A stretch of 64,000 bases of DNA from the human T2T-CHM13v2.0 reference genome, Homo sapiens (GCF_009914755.1 NC_060926.1); one strand, 5' to 3'. Numbered from the stretch's first letter, positions 13,631 to 33,299 are shown. The notes: generated by a model from the letters alone, not told the origin. Made by a program: numbers and translations.

Positions 13631-15351
13631 GAATAAATCAATGAAATTGAAGAGAGAAAGAATAATAGATAAAATGAACGAAAATATGGCTCTTTAATTA
13701 TCAATAAAATTGACAAAGATCTACCAAAATGAGAAAACAAAGAGAGAAGACACAAATCATCAACATTAAGAATGAAACAGAGGAGATCACTGTGGACTCC
13801 ACAGATATTCAAAGATCAATTAGAAAATACTGCTGATAAACTTACACACATGAAATTTGAAAACTTAGGTGAAATTTACCAATTTCTTGAAAAGCAAAAT
13901 GTATCCTGACTCATCTAATATGGAATAGGTAATTTGAATGGTCCTGAACAGGTAATTAACAAAATTAAATATATGTATTTTTTCTAATTAAAAAAGATAA
14001 TATCCAGGCTCAGTTTTCACTGAGGGTTTCTTACAAATATTCAGAGAAGAATTAACATAATCTACACAAATAATTTTCAAAAAATAGAAGGCTTCCCAAC
14101 TCTTATTATAAAGTTAATATTACCTGATACCATGACCAAAAATAGCAATGAAAAAGAAAACTACGGATCAATATAAATGCAAAAATTCTTAACAAAATAT
14201 TATAAAATAGAATTCAGCAATATATAAAAAGAATTGTATACAATCTTCAAGTGAGTTTTACTGTAGGGTTGCCAAGATGGTTCAATACTAAAAGATCAAT
14301 GTAATCCACCATATGAAAAGGTCAAAAAAGATAAATCTCATGATTATATCATTTGATGCATAAAAAGTTTTCCAAGATTCAGCACTCATTTATTATAAAA
14401 CTCTGAAAAATAACAGGATTAGCTTCCTCGCAAAAATCATTTATGAAAGATCTACAGCGAGTTATTACATTAAATAATAAAAGATTGAATGTTTGAGAGC
14501 AACACAAGGGTATTTACCATCACTGTTGCTATTAAACATAGCAATGGAGGTTCTAGAAAGAGTAATAAGGCATACGATGGATATCAATTGTTAACACATT
14601 TGAAAGAAACAAAGCTGTCTCTATCTGCAGATGGGAAAAGGTATGTGTAAAAACCTATGAAAAACCAACAGAAAGAAAATAAAATCTGGAATTAATAAAT
14701 GAGTTTATTAAGGTTACAGGATGCAAGAAAAATGTGAAAAGTCAGTCTTATTGGTATATACTAACAGTGAGCATCTGGAAACCCAAGTGATAAACACAAC
14801 ATTTACAATTACAGAAAAACTGAAATGCTGATGTGTTAAACTTTATAAAACCTAAACAGCACCTCTAGCTATAAGTTTCAAAATGCACATGAAAAAAATA
14901 AAGATCCACAACCTACGTAAATAAAGAGACATACTATGTTTGTGGATTGAAAGACTCAACATTGTAAAGATATCTATTTTCCCAAAATTGATCTTCAGGT
15001 TCAGTGCAATTTTAATTAAATTCTAGGAGGGTTTATTTTATTTTATTTTTTAGAAATAGACAAGCGTTTTATAAAATGTGTATGGAAAAAAAAATATACT
15101 CAAATATCTCAATCATGAACAAGAAGAATAAAGGGAATTGTTCTACCTGATTACAATACTTATTATATACATACAGTAATCTAGACTCTGTAGCATTGGT
15201 GGAAAGATAGAACCATAGGTCAACTGAATAGAAGAATACCATGCAATGGTCCCATGCAAGGGTGACTTACTGTTTTTTGACAAACCCACAAAAACAATTC
15301 AATGGAGGAGAAATAGTCTTTTCTATAAATAGTGCTGGGACAATTGGCTAT

Positions 15352-15703
15352 TTCTATAGATTTAATGTTTATGTCTTCACCACACTGATATATTTAAACC
15401 TAATCCACAATGTAATAGTATTTGGAGGTGGGGACTTTGGAAGGTAATTAGGTCATGAGGTCTGAACCTTCATTCACAGGATTAGTGCACTTATAAAAGG
15501 GTTTCAGAGGGCCCCCTCACCTTTTCTGCCATGTGAGGATACAGTGAGAAGGCCATCTATGAAAATGGATGGAGGCCTTCAGCCACTAATTCTACAAGTC
15601 TTAATTTTTGACTTCTCTGCCTGCACAACTCTGAGAAACAAACTTCTGTTGTTTATAAGATACTCATTCTACAGTATTCTAACAGTCTGAGAGGACTAAT
15701 ACA
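15352..15703 (+). mobile_element. MLT1A0-like solo LTR
   Basis: gtatttggaggtggggactttggaaggtaattaggtcatgagg...gccatgtgaggatacagtgagaagg...gactaataca. Confidence 0.82.
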
Positions 15704-16732
15704 TATATCCTTAGGCAAAAAGAATTAACATCAACCTAATCTTCACACATTAAACAAAAATTAATGCAAGATGGATTATAGAATTAGATGTAAAATGTAA
15801 AACTATAAAATATCTGGAAAGAAACCATGGGAGAAACTCTTGGGGAACTCATGCTTGATGAGCAAATTTAGATCTGACACAAATATTATGATCCATGCAA
15901 TCTTTAAAAGATGATAAATTATGCTTTGTCAAAATTAGAAACTTCTGCTTTGTGAAAGACCATGTTAAGAGGATAAAAAGACAAGTTACAAACTCAAAGT
16001 ATTTGAAAAACCACATAACTATTAAAGGACTCATATCTGGAATATATAAAGAACTCTCAAAACTCAACAGTAAAAAAAAAAAACTGTAAAGGAAAACAAA
16101 AACTAAAAACGAGCCAGTTATAAAATCGGTAAAAGCATGAACATATATTTTACCACAGGTGATATCCAGAAGGTACATGAAAACATATTCATCGTTATTG
16201 GACCATCAGGCCAGCATAAAGAAAGACCATGGTGAGATATCACTACACACCTACTGGAACAGCTAAAAGAAAAACAAAACAAAAAACACTCATGATACCA
16301 GATGTTGGTTTGAATGCGGAGAAACTAGATTCCTTGTATGTTGCTGCTGGCTTTCTAAAACAATACTAGAAAAATAGTTTTGCTGTTTTACTTTTAATGT
16401 AAACTTACGCTTATTACATTATCCAGCAATCACACTTATGGACTTTTTTTTAAGGAATGGACACTTGTGTCTTTACAAACTCTAGTACAAAATTGTTCAT
16501 AGTAGCATTATTTACACTAGAAAAAAATCTGAATAAAATTTCTCATAATAGACTAATGAATAAACAAACTGTGATAGAACCATAACATGAAAAATTACTC
16601 AATAATAAAAATTAAATAAACAAGAAACTATTGATCTATCTAATGACTTGAATGGATCACAAGGAAATTATGCTGAGTGAAAAAGAAGAATCCACCATCA
16701 AAATGTCACATATTTTGCAGTTCTATTTATGT

Positions 16733-16738
16733 TTGTAT

Positions 16739-16773
<35 letters not shown>

Positions 16774-17203
16774 TGAGTATACTTTAAGTTTTAGGGTACA
16801 TGTGTACAATGTGCAGGTTAGTTACATATGTATACATGTGCCATGCTGGTGCACGCTGCACCCACTAACTCGTCATCTAGCATTAGGTATATCTCCCAAT
16901 GCTATCCCTCCCCCCTCCCTCCATCCCACAACAGTCCCCAGAGTGTGATGTTCCCCTTCCTGTGTCCATGTGTTCTCATTGTTCAATTCCCATCTATGAG
17001 TGAGAATATGCGGTGTTTGGTTTTTTGTTCTTGCGATAGTTTACTGAGAATGATGATTTCCAATTTCATCCATGTCCCTACAAAGGACATGAACTCATCA
17101 TTTTTTATGGCTGCATAGTATTCCATGGTGTATATGTGCCACATTTTCTTAATCCAGTCTATCATTGTTGGACATTTGGGTTGGTTCCAAGTCTTTGCTA
17201 TTG
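16733..17203 (-). mobile_element. Young 5'-truncated L1 (L1PA2/PA3-like) with (TATT)n tail and 34-bp TSD
   Basis: cccactaactcgtcatctagc and gagaatatgcggtg diagnostics (GAG, not the Ta ACA). TSD at 16699-16732 and 17204-17237. Confidence 0.93.
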
Positions 17204-17639
17204 CAAAATGTCACATATTTTGCAGTTCTGTTTATGTAACATTCTTAAGATGTCAAAATTGTTGAGAGAGAAGGTAGACTATTGTTTGACAGGGGTTGGG
17301 GATTGTGTATGAGAAAGAGGTGGATGTGAACTTACAGAGGTTGCATGAGGGAGATCATTGTGGTAATAGAAGAGTTTCTTGTCATTATTGTGGTGGTGAT
17401 TACACAAAACTACATGCAATAAAATGATATAGAACTATACACACACATTGTACCAATGTCATTCTCAGTTCCTTAGTTTTAATATTGTATTATAGTAACC
17501 TAAAATGCAACTGGGTAAAGAGAACACAAAACTTCTCTATATTTTACATTTGTTTGTGACTTCCTATAAATCTATAATTATTTAAAAATTATGTATATGT
17601 AATATATTACATATTATATGTATGTTGCATTAGCTTATC

Positions 17640-19300
17640 AAGTTGTGGGTGTTGAGGAAATTGGTATCAGTGTCTGGAAAATTGGATAATCATTTTAAGC
17701 TGTGTCAAAATATTTTATAAAACTTTAGCCATTGAGAATTTGGAAAGCAGATTATGAGCCTTTGAGGCTGACAGTTCTAGAGGAAATAACTGGAAATATA
17801 GGATTAATATAATCCTGGGCATAATGATGGTCACCTTAAAGATGTTCACATCCTAATCCCTGGAATCAGTGAATGTGTTATCTTTCAAGGCAAAGAAGAA
17901 TTAATACTGCAGAATGCAATCGGAGTACTAATCCACTCACCTAATAGGTAAAATAGGCAGATTATATTGGACAATATACAAATAAGCCCAGTAAAACCAC
18001 AGTGATCCTTAAAGGTCAAAGAGGCAGGTGGAAAAGGAGAACCAAAAAGGTGCCATTGTGAGAAGAATTCAGTTGAACATTGCTGGCTTCAGAGACTGAT
18101 GAAAGTGTACATGAGCTGAGGTCAGTGAGCAGCCTTCTAAAAGCTGTAAAAGGCAAGAAAATGAATTCTCCCCAGAGCCTCTAGAAGGGAATACAACCCT
18201 GCCGACAACTTAATTTTAGCCCAATGAGACTCATTTTAGATTTATGGTCTACAGGCTGTTAGATAATAAATATATGCTTTTTAAGCCACTAAGTTTGTGG
18301 CAATTTGTTACAGCAGAAATAGAAAAGGAATACAGTGAATACACTGTATGAATGCACTGTATTAGCTACTACTGGCTGTGTTTGACAAGGTATTACAAGA
18401 AAGAGATGCACTCAGAGGAAACTTGGCCAGATTGTGGGTATAATGAAAGGAAATGGAAAGTCCAGCACTGTTTCCTTTTTTTTTTTTCCACTTCAAAGGG
18501 GAGTTAATAACACCTGTTTACTCCGAATTTGAAAAGTAGCACTGTAAAAGTCCTTGAGCTGTGGAAACACATTAAGAAGATGCTTTTGTTAAAAATCAGG
18601 TAAAGAGTGTGGCCTTAGCATTAAAGCTTGAGACCCTCAAAGTAGCCGCCATTAGATTGAGGCAGTAAGTGCAATCACGGTGGTGAAAAAGAAAAAAAAT
18701 TGACGAGTAAAATATGTAGAAAATGGCTCTATATGTGGCTATTGGAATATGGAACTAAATCAAAACAAATCAGAAGTTAACTGTGTTTTTGCAGGAATTG
18801 TATTTCTAAAAAAAAAATTAAATAAAGCATAAAACCTTAAGCCCAGATTAAATTGTCTTTGACCATAAAATAAGTAAAACAATCTTAAGCCACCAACTTT
18901 CTTTGAGTAGAAAACAATTTTCAAAATTTCTATGATCTTCTGGATTCACAAATACTCCAACTTATACTTCATACATGGCAAGAGAGGATAGACAAGGAAG
19001 AATGTTGCACAAGGCAGGGACATGAATCAGAGAAGAGACAAGGGAGTTCTTTCCAGGAGCAAAATTAGGAATAATGAGGAAATGTACCCCCACATCCATA
19101 GACAATGACACCCATAACCGTCTCTCTCACAATATTGCAGCATTGTGGAAGCTCTGTTTATCCCAGCTTTGCTGCACTATATTTGTATATGGGGGATGGA
19201 GGCAGATAACTTGACTTCTTGTTTCTGTACATTGTCTAGCAATTCTAGATTTATACTCAGAAGAGGGTTTATTGAATTGGACTATGGCATGAGTCAGAAA
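17640..19300 (+). mobile_element. Old MaLR internal-like sequence (MLT1-int), split by an MLT1D LTR
   Basis: ctactggctgtgtttgacaaggtattacaagaaagagatg resembles MLT-int. Boundaries are approximate. Confidence 0.45.
17812..18334 (+). mobile_element. MLT1D-like LTR
   Basis: aaagatgttcacatcctaatccctggaa...aagccactaagtttgtggcaatttgttacagcag...aataca. Confidence 0.85.
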
Positions 19301-20944
19301 AAAAAAACAACATTTATTATGTGAAGACGCTGGGATTTGAGGCTGCTTGTAATATCTGATAGCAATATTTATCTTTATTAATTTAGATTCATTAGCATAA
19401 AGTGATAGTTAAAGCCATGGAATTCGATTAAATAAAAAGGAGAAAAAAATTGAGAATAGACAGAAATCTCAAAATATTCAGAGCTGAAATGACTATTTTT
19501 CAATAGGATGGATGAGACTCCATATAAGCCCATGTAAGCTGAGGATTGCCAAAGTCCATGGCACCCCATTCATATGAATTATGTGTAATAGGCATCCCTG
19601 GAGTTACACAAAACAGCTGTCCTGCGAATAGGATCTAGACTAAGCTAAGGGGACATTATTATGGAAAATAGAATGAAAATAAACTTAAAAAAATGAAAAC
19701 AACAGTATTATCCTGTAAAATTGCCCCCAACACAGATTTATAATCAAATTTAAGACTACTGAAAGCACAGTAAGAACTCAGAATACAAATTTCAAGCAGA
19801 TAAGCTGCTTTTATACCTTCTCTGCAGCAGATTTTGCTCTGAATCATTTTCTTTGTTTTAGTTTTTTACATGTGACTTTATGTGTCTTTGTTTGTACTTC
19901 CAGTGCTCCTGATTTTTAAAAAGATACTATCTTCAACAGGATGAAGTACAGGACAATGTATATTTCCCTTCAGTGTACAATTTGCAACAACTAATTCCTT
20001 TGTATCTCTGCCACCTCTGAAATCCAAGCTACTTATAAAATTTCATCACTCAGCAGTCTGTTCTTAGTTAAAATATTTTAAAATTAGATAGTAAATAAAA
20101 AAGAACAAGAAATATATTTTATCATAGTAGAATTTGGAAAACGGAGTGTTCCAGATTTGAAATGCAATAGACAGAAAATTCCTCTCTATATATATCTTTG
20201 TTTAAGTGTTTTGTGTGTGTGTGTGTAAATATACACTGTGCTTTATTTAAGATTTTCTAATTTAGGCTTAAAGAGATAAAGAGTATGTCCCAATGGAATT
20301 GCACCATTCTTTTTATTCATTTAATTATGAATTGGAGAGTAAAATAAATTGACTGTATTATCAGTTCCTAAGCACTGTATGTATTTTTTTCCTCTACCTA
20401 ATCTATGTGCCGATACTTAATGTTCTTCCTCTTTGTCCAATTATTTTCTCTATTAATATTGCGGTTAGTAGGAAAGTGGAGAATGTCCCAGCATATATTC
20501 ATTCTTTGTTGTTTTTCTCAGACAGGATTCTATAATAATAATAACATAGATTCCCTTTTATTATTTGATTTATAGCAATTGAATGTAACTATCATGGATA
20601 AACATGATATTTCTTACATAGCTCTGAATTCCTTTTTTGTGTACATCATAAACCCATGATATCCAGCCTTTAACTCCCCAAAATCCCTTTCTCATTATGG
20701 TCATGGGTAAGTTTTCACTTTTATTTTTATGAAAATACCCCATGACAGTGGCAGAAGATGAGAAATTATCTTGTTGAAATGAAAATAGGGATTTAGAAAA
20801 GAAATGGTTTGGTTATGTGTAACTGCACTGGAGAAGGAAAATGAACCTTTTGCAAGAAGTTGTCTGACGGATGAGGTAAGTTTTCTCATTTACAAAATTG
20901 AGCGCAGAATGGAGAGCTATTAAATAACTCATATAAACTTCAAT

Positions 20945-21130
20945 TCAAGAAACATGTTCTGAGTATTAATATGTACCAGGTAGTTTTATATGTGGTTGAA
21001 TTTAGCCATCTTTGAAACCCTGCAAATGAGCTGATAGTAGCCTTGCTTAACAGATAAAGACATTGATGCTCACTGAATCCAGGTGGTATGTCCAGAATCA
21101 CTGGAGGTAAATGAGAGCTAAAACTGTGCA
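20945..21130 (-). mobile_element. MIR fragment
   Basis: tgagtattaatatgtaccagg...aaaccctgc...ttaacagataaagacattgatgctca. Confidence 0.6.
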
Positions 21131-22049
21131 TGCTTTTTTCCCCCGTATATATATTCCATTGTTTTCTTAGAGTGGAATATTTTTGTAGACTTGCTGTAAG
21201 ACTGTGCTTTCTTGGGTGCCCATTCCTCTCTGGCATATAGTGTTAGCATACACATCTCTGGGTAGAAAAAAGCAGAACTGTATTTCAAAGACTACTTACT
21301 CCTGAATTGGGTAGGGTGCTTCCTGAACAAGGGAGGAAATGTGGACACTACACAGTTACCCCGTGGTCTCTGACCACAATGGCTCCACCATGTTACATGT
21401 TTCCTTCAAGATTATGCTGATGATGGACCATGTCTGCTGTGCAAAATACTCAGTGTCTGAAAGGTTAACATTTTACCGAAGTTTGTAGAGCGGAAAGTGC
21501 TTGAAATAATTAGTGTAATAATTATTAATGATGGGATAGAAATCAATCCTGTACAAACTTCAAGAAATAGTATTCAAAAGTATGTTTCAGACTGCAAATT
21601 GTTTCTAGAGACCGTGTTGGAAATTGTTAATGTCTGTTATTAGGAACAATTGATTACCTTTCAGAACACATATTGGTTTTTGTGTTTCATTTTGTTTGGT
21701 TTGGTTTTTGTAACATCGATGTCAGGCTATTTAAAATATTGTGAAAGTGACAGTAGTCAGTAAGTAATGAAGGATAATTCTTTTATCCCTTTCTGTTGTT
21801 CATACGATTAGTATTAAAAGAGAATGCTGCCCAAAATGGGACTGCCACCAACATAGAAAAGCCTATTGTCTTTCATTGTTACCTAATGACAAGTTTGTTT
21901 ATTGGTGGAAAAAGTTTATCTGGCTACGTTATATGGTATGTAAATTTGATTTTCTGAGCAACACATGCCATATATTTATAGCTGATTACTTTTGTATAAT
22001 AATTATATTTCTGAAAATGTATTTTGAAAATAATTGAAAAATAATTACT

Positions 22050-23560
22050 CAATTTAAATCTTAGCAAGTTACTTTGTGGATATTGAAAAACTAATTCTAA
22101 AGTTTATTGAGAAAGGCAAAAGATCCAAAATCGTCAACACAGTATTAAAGAACAAAGTTGAAGGATTGCCACTACCTGACTTTAAGTCTTATTATAAAGC
22201 TGTAAGAATAAAGACAGTGTGGTAATGGTGAAAGGATAGACAAACAGAGGAAGAAAACAGAATGGAAAGTCTGTGAACAAACCTACTGAACTATAGTCAA
22301 CTGATCTTTGTCAAATGAGTAAGGACATGTCTTTCCAATAAATGGTGCTGAGGCAAACTGGACATTCACATGCAAAATGACGAATCTAGACACTGACATT
22401 ATAAGCCAAAATGGATCATATACGCAAATGGAAAATCACAAACAGAAAATTTGTAGAAGAAAACAAGAAAATCTAAGCTGCTTGGAGTGTCATGGTGAGT
22501 TAGTAAATACAACACCAAAAGCAAGATCCATGAAAGAAAAAAGTTAAGTGTGACAATTAAAATTAAAAAGCTACTCCTCTGTGAAGGGCACTGCTGAGAG
22601 AATTAAATGACAAATCCCATACTGGGAGAAAATAGTTTACAAAACATCTTTTTGATAAAGGACTTGTATCCAATATGTACAAGCAACTCTTAAAACTAAA
22701 CAATAAGAGATCAAACAACCCAATTTAAAAATTGGCAAAGGATCTGAATGGATACCACAGAAGATATACAAATGGCAAATAAGTGTATTAAAAGATGTTC
22801 ATCATCATGCATCATTAAATAAATACAAATTTAAATAACAATGAGATACCAGCACACCACTATTAGAATGGCTAAAATCCAAAACACTGAGAATACCAAT
22901 TCTGTCAAGGACGTGGGCCAACCTGAATTCTCATTCACTGATGGTGGGAATGCAAAATGATTCAGCCTCTTTGAAGGCATATGATTTATGCCTTCTTCTC
23001 TTACTATATGATTTATTAATTGCACTCCTTGGTATTTAACTCATTTACCAAAATGAGTTAAAAACTTATGTCTACACAAAAACCTGCATGTAAATATTTC
23101 TAGCAACTTTGTTCACAATTACCAAAACTTGGAAGCAACCAAGATATCTTTCTGTAGGTTCTTGAATAAATAAACTATAGTACATCTATACAATAGGATA
23201 TTATTCAGTGCTAAAAATAAATGAACTATCAAAACACAAAAGACATGGAGAAACCTTTTATGCATATCGCTAAGTGAAAGAATCCAGTTCTAAGTGGCTA
23301 CATGGTATACAATTCAAACTGTATAATATTCTGGAAAAGACAAACCTATAGGAAAAATGAAAAGATCAATACTTATCAAAGATACAGAGAGGGGAAGTAA
23401 GGATGCATAGGTGCATCACGGGGAATTTCAGAATAATACCGAAACTATTCTGTATAATAATATAATGGTGATATATGACATTATGCATTTGGTCAAATCC
23501 ATATAACCGGACAGTACAATTTTTCTTCAAACTTAAAAGCGTTCTAAAAAATAATCTATT
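22050..23560 (+). mobile_element. L1MC-like ORF2 3' part and 3' UTR
   Basis: ctacctgactttaagtcttattataaagc, caataaatggtgctg, cttggaagcaaccaagat, acattatgcatttggtcaaa. Confidence 0.82.
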
Positions 23561-23791
23561 TAGTAAAAAATTATGGAACCTGAATTATTTATCATTAACT
23601 TATTATTGATTTAAGAATAATGTGGTTTATAGATAGCAGTTTTTTAATAGCATCTGATTTGCAAGATGTATAAATAGGTAAATTCTTAATTATATATAGT
23701 TTATATTAAAGGTAATGGACACGTCAATGAATACTTAAATATCTTAATTTTTTATTATTTAGTTTTTTTTAATTATAAGCTCCATGTTTTT

Positions 23792-26399
<2,608 letters not shown>

Positions 26400-26968
26400 T
26401 AAATTGGCACACCACATCAAATAGTTTTAACTATGATCTTACAGATTTCAGTGATTTTAGTGGTGATAATTGATAACGTATTAGATCCATTCTTGGTGAA
26501 AGTATGGATTTATCAGTGTATTTTATCACCACCTTTAAAACAGAAACCATCAGCTTTTTGAGGAGTTCTATATGGTATTCAATAAGATAATATTGTTGCA
26601 AAGAAGATCTGATTTTCATAACAAAACTGAAATAAATGCAAAAGATACTTATTAAAAACTCAGTGTTTAAGGTAGTGTTAAGATTAATCAATCAAAGTAA
26701 ATATAAACCAGAAAACGAAAGGTAGGAAAGTCCTTGATGATTAGCCTTTTAGTAAGGAGGAAGTAACAAAGGACAAAAAACAGTAAAGGGGAACAGAACA
26801 CTGTAGCAAACTGTCACAGAAAAAGCCAACCAGATTACAAAATTGCAGAAGGTGTACTGAGAGAACTGAGAGGCAAAAATGAATACTTGACATTGTCATA
26901 ATAGAAAATAGGAACTAAATAAATAAGAATTTAGGCCTTGTCAAATTATGCATTTTAAAATTTTTCTA

Positions 26969-27272
<304 letters not shown>

Positions 27273-27399
27273 TCATATGAAAATCCAAAGAATGATGTGC
27301 ATAAGAAAGGTTTTATTTACTCTCATAGAGGAAATAGACATCTATACACATATTGTAAAATGAAATGAATGCTCACAAGTGATTCAGAAGCAGTAGTCA

Positions 27400-27508
27400 A
27401 GCTTTTTACTAGAATATGAGCTCCCAAAGAGAGGGTTGTATCTGTTTTGCTTTATCTAGACAAAGCTAGGAATATAGTAGGCATTCAAAAATCACTTTCT
27501 GAATAAAG
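27400..27508 (+). mobile_element. L2 3' end fragment
   Basis: actagaatatgagctcc...atagtaggcattcaaaaa...tgaataaa. Confidence 0.55.
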
Positions 27509-27936
27509 TATCTTTAAGGCCAATTATCTAAGTAGATTTTAGTGTCTTCCCTATTCTAAGTCCTAGGTTCATTAGGGTAAAAAATGTTATAAGGAATAGT
27601 AATGGAAATCACATCTGAAGGGTGACATTGATACTTAAATTTAAAAAGTTAATCAGGTGCTTATAAATTTGACAAATATACAACAGGATTCTGAAATATC
27701 AAAAGCATTTTTGCTAAAGTAAAAAAAGTATTAGTAATATGTAAGAAAGTTTTTCTCAACACAATTGATGCTCAAAGGCATCCAGTCCATACAAAGTTTT
27801 AGTTAACCAGAAATTGATGAACACCCATTCCTTTAATTTACATTCTAATCTATATTTTTCATTTTTTCCTAGCACAAAAATCCACCTGCAGTGTTACAGA
27901 AATAAAATTATGGTGTCATACACCATTAAGTGGTTT

Positions 27937-28672
27937 TGTAACTGTCCAATGGGTTCTCCTTGTCTGCTGCCCAGATAGAGCTGATTTATCAAGACAGGGT
28001 AATTGCAATAGAGACAGAGTTTAATACACATAGAGCTGGCTAAAAGAGAGACCAGGATTTTATTATTACTCAAGTCAGCCATTCTGAAAACTTGGAGAGT
28101 AGGGTTTTTTTAACATAGCTTGGCAGGAGAGGGTCCAGGGAACATGGAATGCCAGTTAGTTGTGCTGGAGATGAAATCATAGGGAGTCAAAGCTATTCTC
28201 GTGCACTGAGTCAATTTCTGGGTGGGGACTACAAGACCAGATGAACTAGTTTATTAGTCTGGGTGGTGCTGGCTGATTCATCGGAATACAGGCTCTGAAA
28301 AATATCTTGAAGGTAAATCCTAGGCTTTACAACAGCAATGTTAGCCACAGGAGTAATTAGGGAGATGAGGAATCTTGTGGTCTCTGGCTGCATGACTCCT
28401 GAGCCATAATTTCTAATCTTGTGGATAATTTGTTAATTTTACAGAGATGATCTTGTCCTCAAGTAAAGTGGGGTTCGTTTTGGGGAGGGGATGTTATCAT
28501 CTTTGTTTCAATGTTAAACTCTAAACTAAGTTCTTCTCAAAGTTAGTTCAACCTGCACCCAAGAATGAACAAGGGCAGCTTGGAAGTTAAAGGCAAGTTG
28601 AAGTCAGTTAGGTCAGATCACTTGCACTGTCATAATTTCTTCACTGTTATAATCTTTGCAAAGAGTGTTTCA
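27937..28672 (-). mobile_element. LTR8-like solo LTR (ERV1)
   Basis: tgtaactgtccaatgggttc...gatttatcaagacaggg...gtcataatttc...tttgcaaag...tttca, with TG...CA ends. Confidence 0.82.
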
Positions 28673-29369
28673 ATTAATGTTTTTGTCCTTTGGTTTTGAA
28701 CATTTTAGTGTAGTAAGTTCTTAAAAGCATTTTACATCTAAAATTGTTATTAAGTAAATAGAATGTGTATGCTCTTTTTGTGCAGGTTGTTTTGAAGCAT
28801 TTTTATTTATTTTTAATTGTGGGTAAATAATTGATATTTTGCAAAAATACATTTTGTTATACTGGTAAAAATCTACTTACTCTTTAAAAATAAAATTTAT
28901 GTCTCTATTTCTTTTAATCAAAGCCAATGTTAATCACCATATAGGCGATCACAGTCATGTGAAAGAAATCTTAGATACTGATGAAATTTGAATGTAACAA
29001 AAGGGAGCAACTTGTCAAGAATAAATGGGGTGATGATGCCTGCAAAGAAAAAGAAGCAGGCAGATTTGTCACCATTTGTGTGCATGGTAGGTTAATTAGG
29101 TGAATTCATCATAACCTAGATTTGGTCATCAAGCAGGGCCACCCAAAAAGTAGGGTAGGTTCTCAGTTCACTCTAAAATGTTGGTTATAGCTTGAAGGAG
29201 ATCTAAATAAGAAATCAAAAGATAATCTGTGTGTCAAAATAATTACATATATGGCTATAGTTGATCAGAATCAACATATCCAGAAAGCAAATGAATCATC
29301 CTAAAGGTGAATTTATAAAGACAGAATCAGAGCAAAAGGAAACAGAGTTTTAATGAAAAATAGTAATAT

Positions 29370-29540
29370 AAAGAGTAGCTTTCAGTGATTGAGCACACAC
29401 TATGTACTATTCTTTTTGAATTTATGTTCTCCAATCTTATCAGCAATTCTGTGAGATAGAAATTGTATTTCCTCACTTGAGTTTAAAGAATAGAGAAAAC
29501 CAACCAACCTTTCTAATTCCAAAGCTCATACACATTAGAA
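29370..29540 (-). mobile_element. MIR-like fragment
   Basis: attgagcacacactatgt...aatcttatcagcaattctgtgagatag...ttccaaagctcat. Confidence 0.5.
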
Positions 29541-30941
29541 TAATTTTCTTAACAGCTCACACCGCTCTATTCTATGTTAATTATGTGGGACATTCTGTCT
29601 AAATATGTTAATATCTCTGAGATGGAACACTCAGAGGAGGAAGACTCAAGTATGCTAATGACTACTGTGCTACGGGTAGAGTTTCCATTTTGTAAAGTGA
29701 AGCCATTGGTATTTTTGCCTTAACTTAGTTTGGTCGCTTTGGGCAATCTTTTTTGAGATAATACTTTCTTGGCTCATTTCACTTGATCTCCCATTCAGTT
29801 GGTTGGTTAATCATTAGATTTGAATCAGCTACCAACTGGTGAGATAACTTAACCTTCTTTTGCTCATCCAGTTCTTCCAGCACATTAAAACCAGTTCCTG
29901 GTATTCAATTTCCCATTTGAAAGAAGTAGCATTGTGTGTATTTTCCTAACTGGACATTGGCTAATACAAATGCAATACAGGAAATATTATGTGACGTGAG
30001 AGCACAAATTTAAGAGGAACCAACTGGTACAACCTAGGGAGGAATAGAAAGCTTTCAGAATGAAAATGACACTGGAGCTGATTCTTGACGGCTGAAAGAA
30101 TAATCTAGGGGAGAAGGTGTAGGAAAAAGAAGTCGATAAAGCTGAATAAAACAAAAACAGCTCAGCAAAGTAGGAACTGAATCAGTTCTTTCATCTCTAA
30201 TCCCACAAAATACATTTATAAGATTTTTAACTGTGAACCATTTTGACTGTCAAAGATAGGAAGTTATTTCTATGTTATCAATAGCTATGTCCTCCTAGAA
30301 AGTGTTTCTTTCATCCTGCTGTTATTTTATTCATTACTTTTCTGTCAAATAATAGAAGGCTCTTTTTGATTTAAATACTAGGAAAGCATGGTGCATGAAT
30401 ATAACTTTCCTCAGGGCATGTCTTTACAAATTGCCTCTATTCAAAAGTATTAGGATTGGGGTTGTGAGAAAAGGAAGCTGTCAATCTAAACTAAAGGAAA
30501 TGATTAAAACTAATAATATGAATGGATAATTTATAACATGCTTTTTCTAGGGAAAAATTACAGACCCTAGATATTTAATATTGTCTGGGGTTTTCCTCAA
30601 AACATCTTTGCATTTTTTTCATCATATCTTACTATTTCTCTTAGGAAATTATACACTGATTTTAATTGTAAAATCTCAAATATGAATATCACAATCTTCA
30701 AACTTTTTGACTGATTAATTTGACCAGGAACAAAATGTGTAAACTTACATATCTATAGACTCCAATCTTCATATTAAACATGATGATTTCCTAGTCCACC
30801 CATGATGGGTCATAGTGAGGACATTTTCCTATGTATATTCACAGTAGAGGGTAGCTTTTCTGTAGACAATAACATAAAAATTCATTTTACAGGGCCCCTT
30901 GCATGTGAGATACATAGAACAGACAGTATCTAATCTGCCAT

Positions 30942-32974
<2,033 letters not shown>

Positions 32975-33299
32975 ATTTTCCCCTATCAAGAGGTACACTG
33001 CCCTTAGGAAAAGGATGGTGATCACTCTTATCTGCTTTCTGCTGACAGGTAAGCTGTTTTGGAAAGAGAGCAGTCAGATCTCTCTCATATGCCTATCTAA
33101 GGGTCTCTGGTAAATGGCAGCCATAATATGAGGCTCCAGTTGCATGAACATTTGGAGTTTGATGGCCTGAAGGCAAGAAGAGACAAACCAGATTATTAGA
33201 AGACATGTATCAAAATGAAACAAGGGGGTAAAGACAGCTCAAAATTCCCAAGGCTGCTGACATGCCCAGATAACTGGTGGATATAGTTATGCCTGCTAA

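Noticed and set aside
18330-18362. Short hairpin/duplication atacagtg-aata-cactgtat at the MLT1D end
   Set aside because: An 8-bp stem is within chance expectation for 64 kb of AT-rich DNA.
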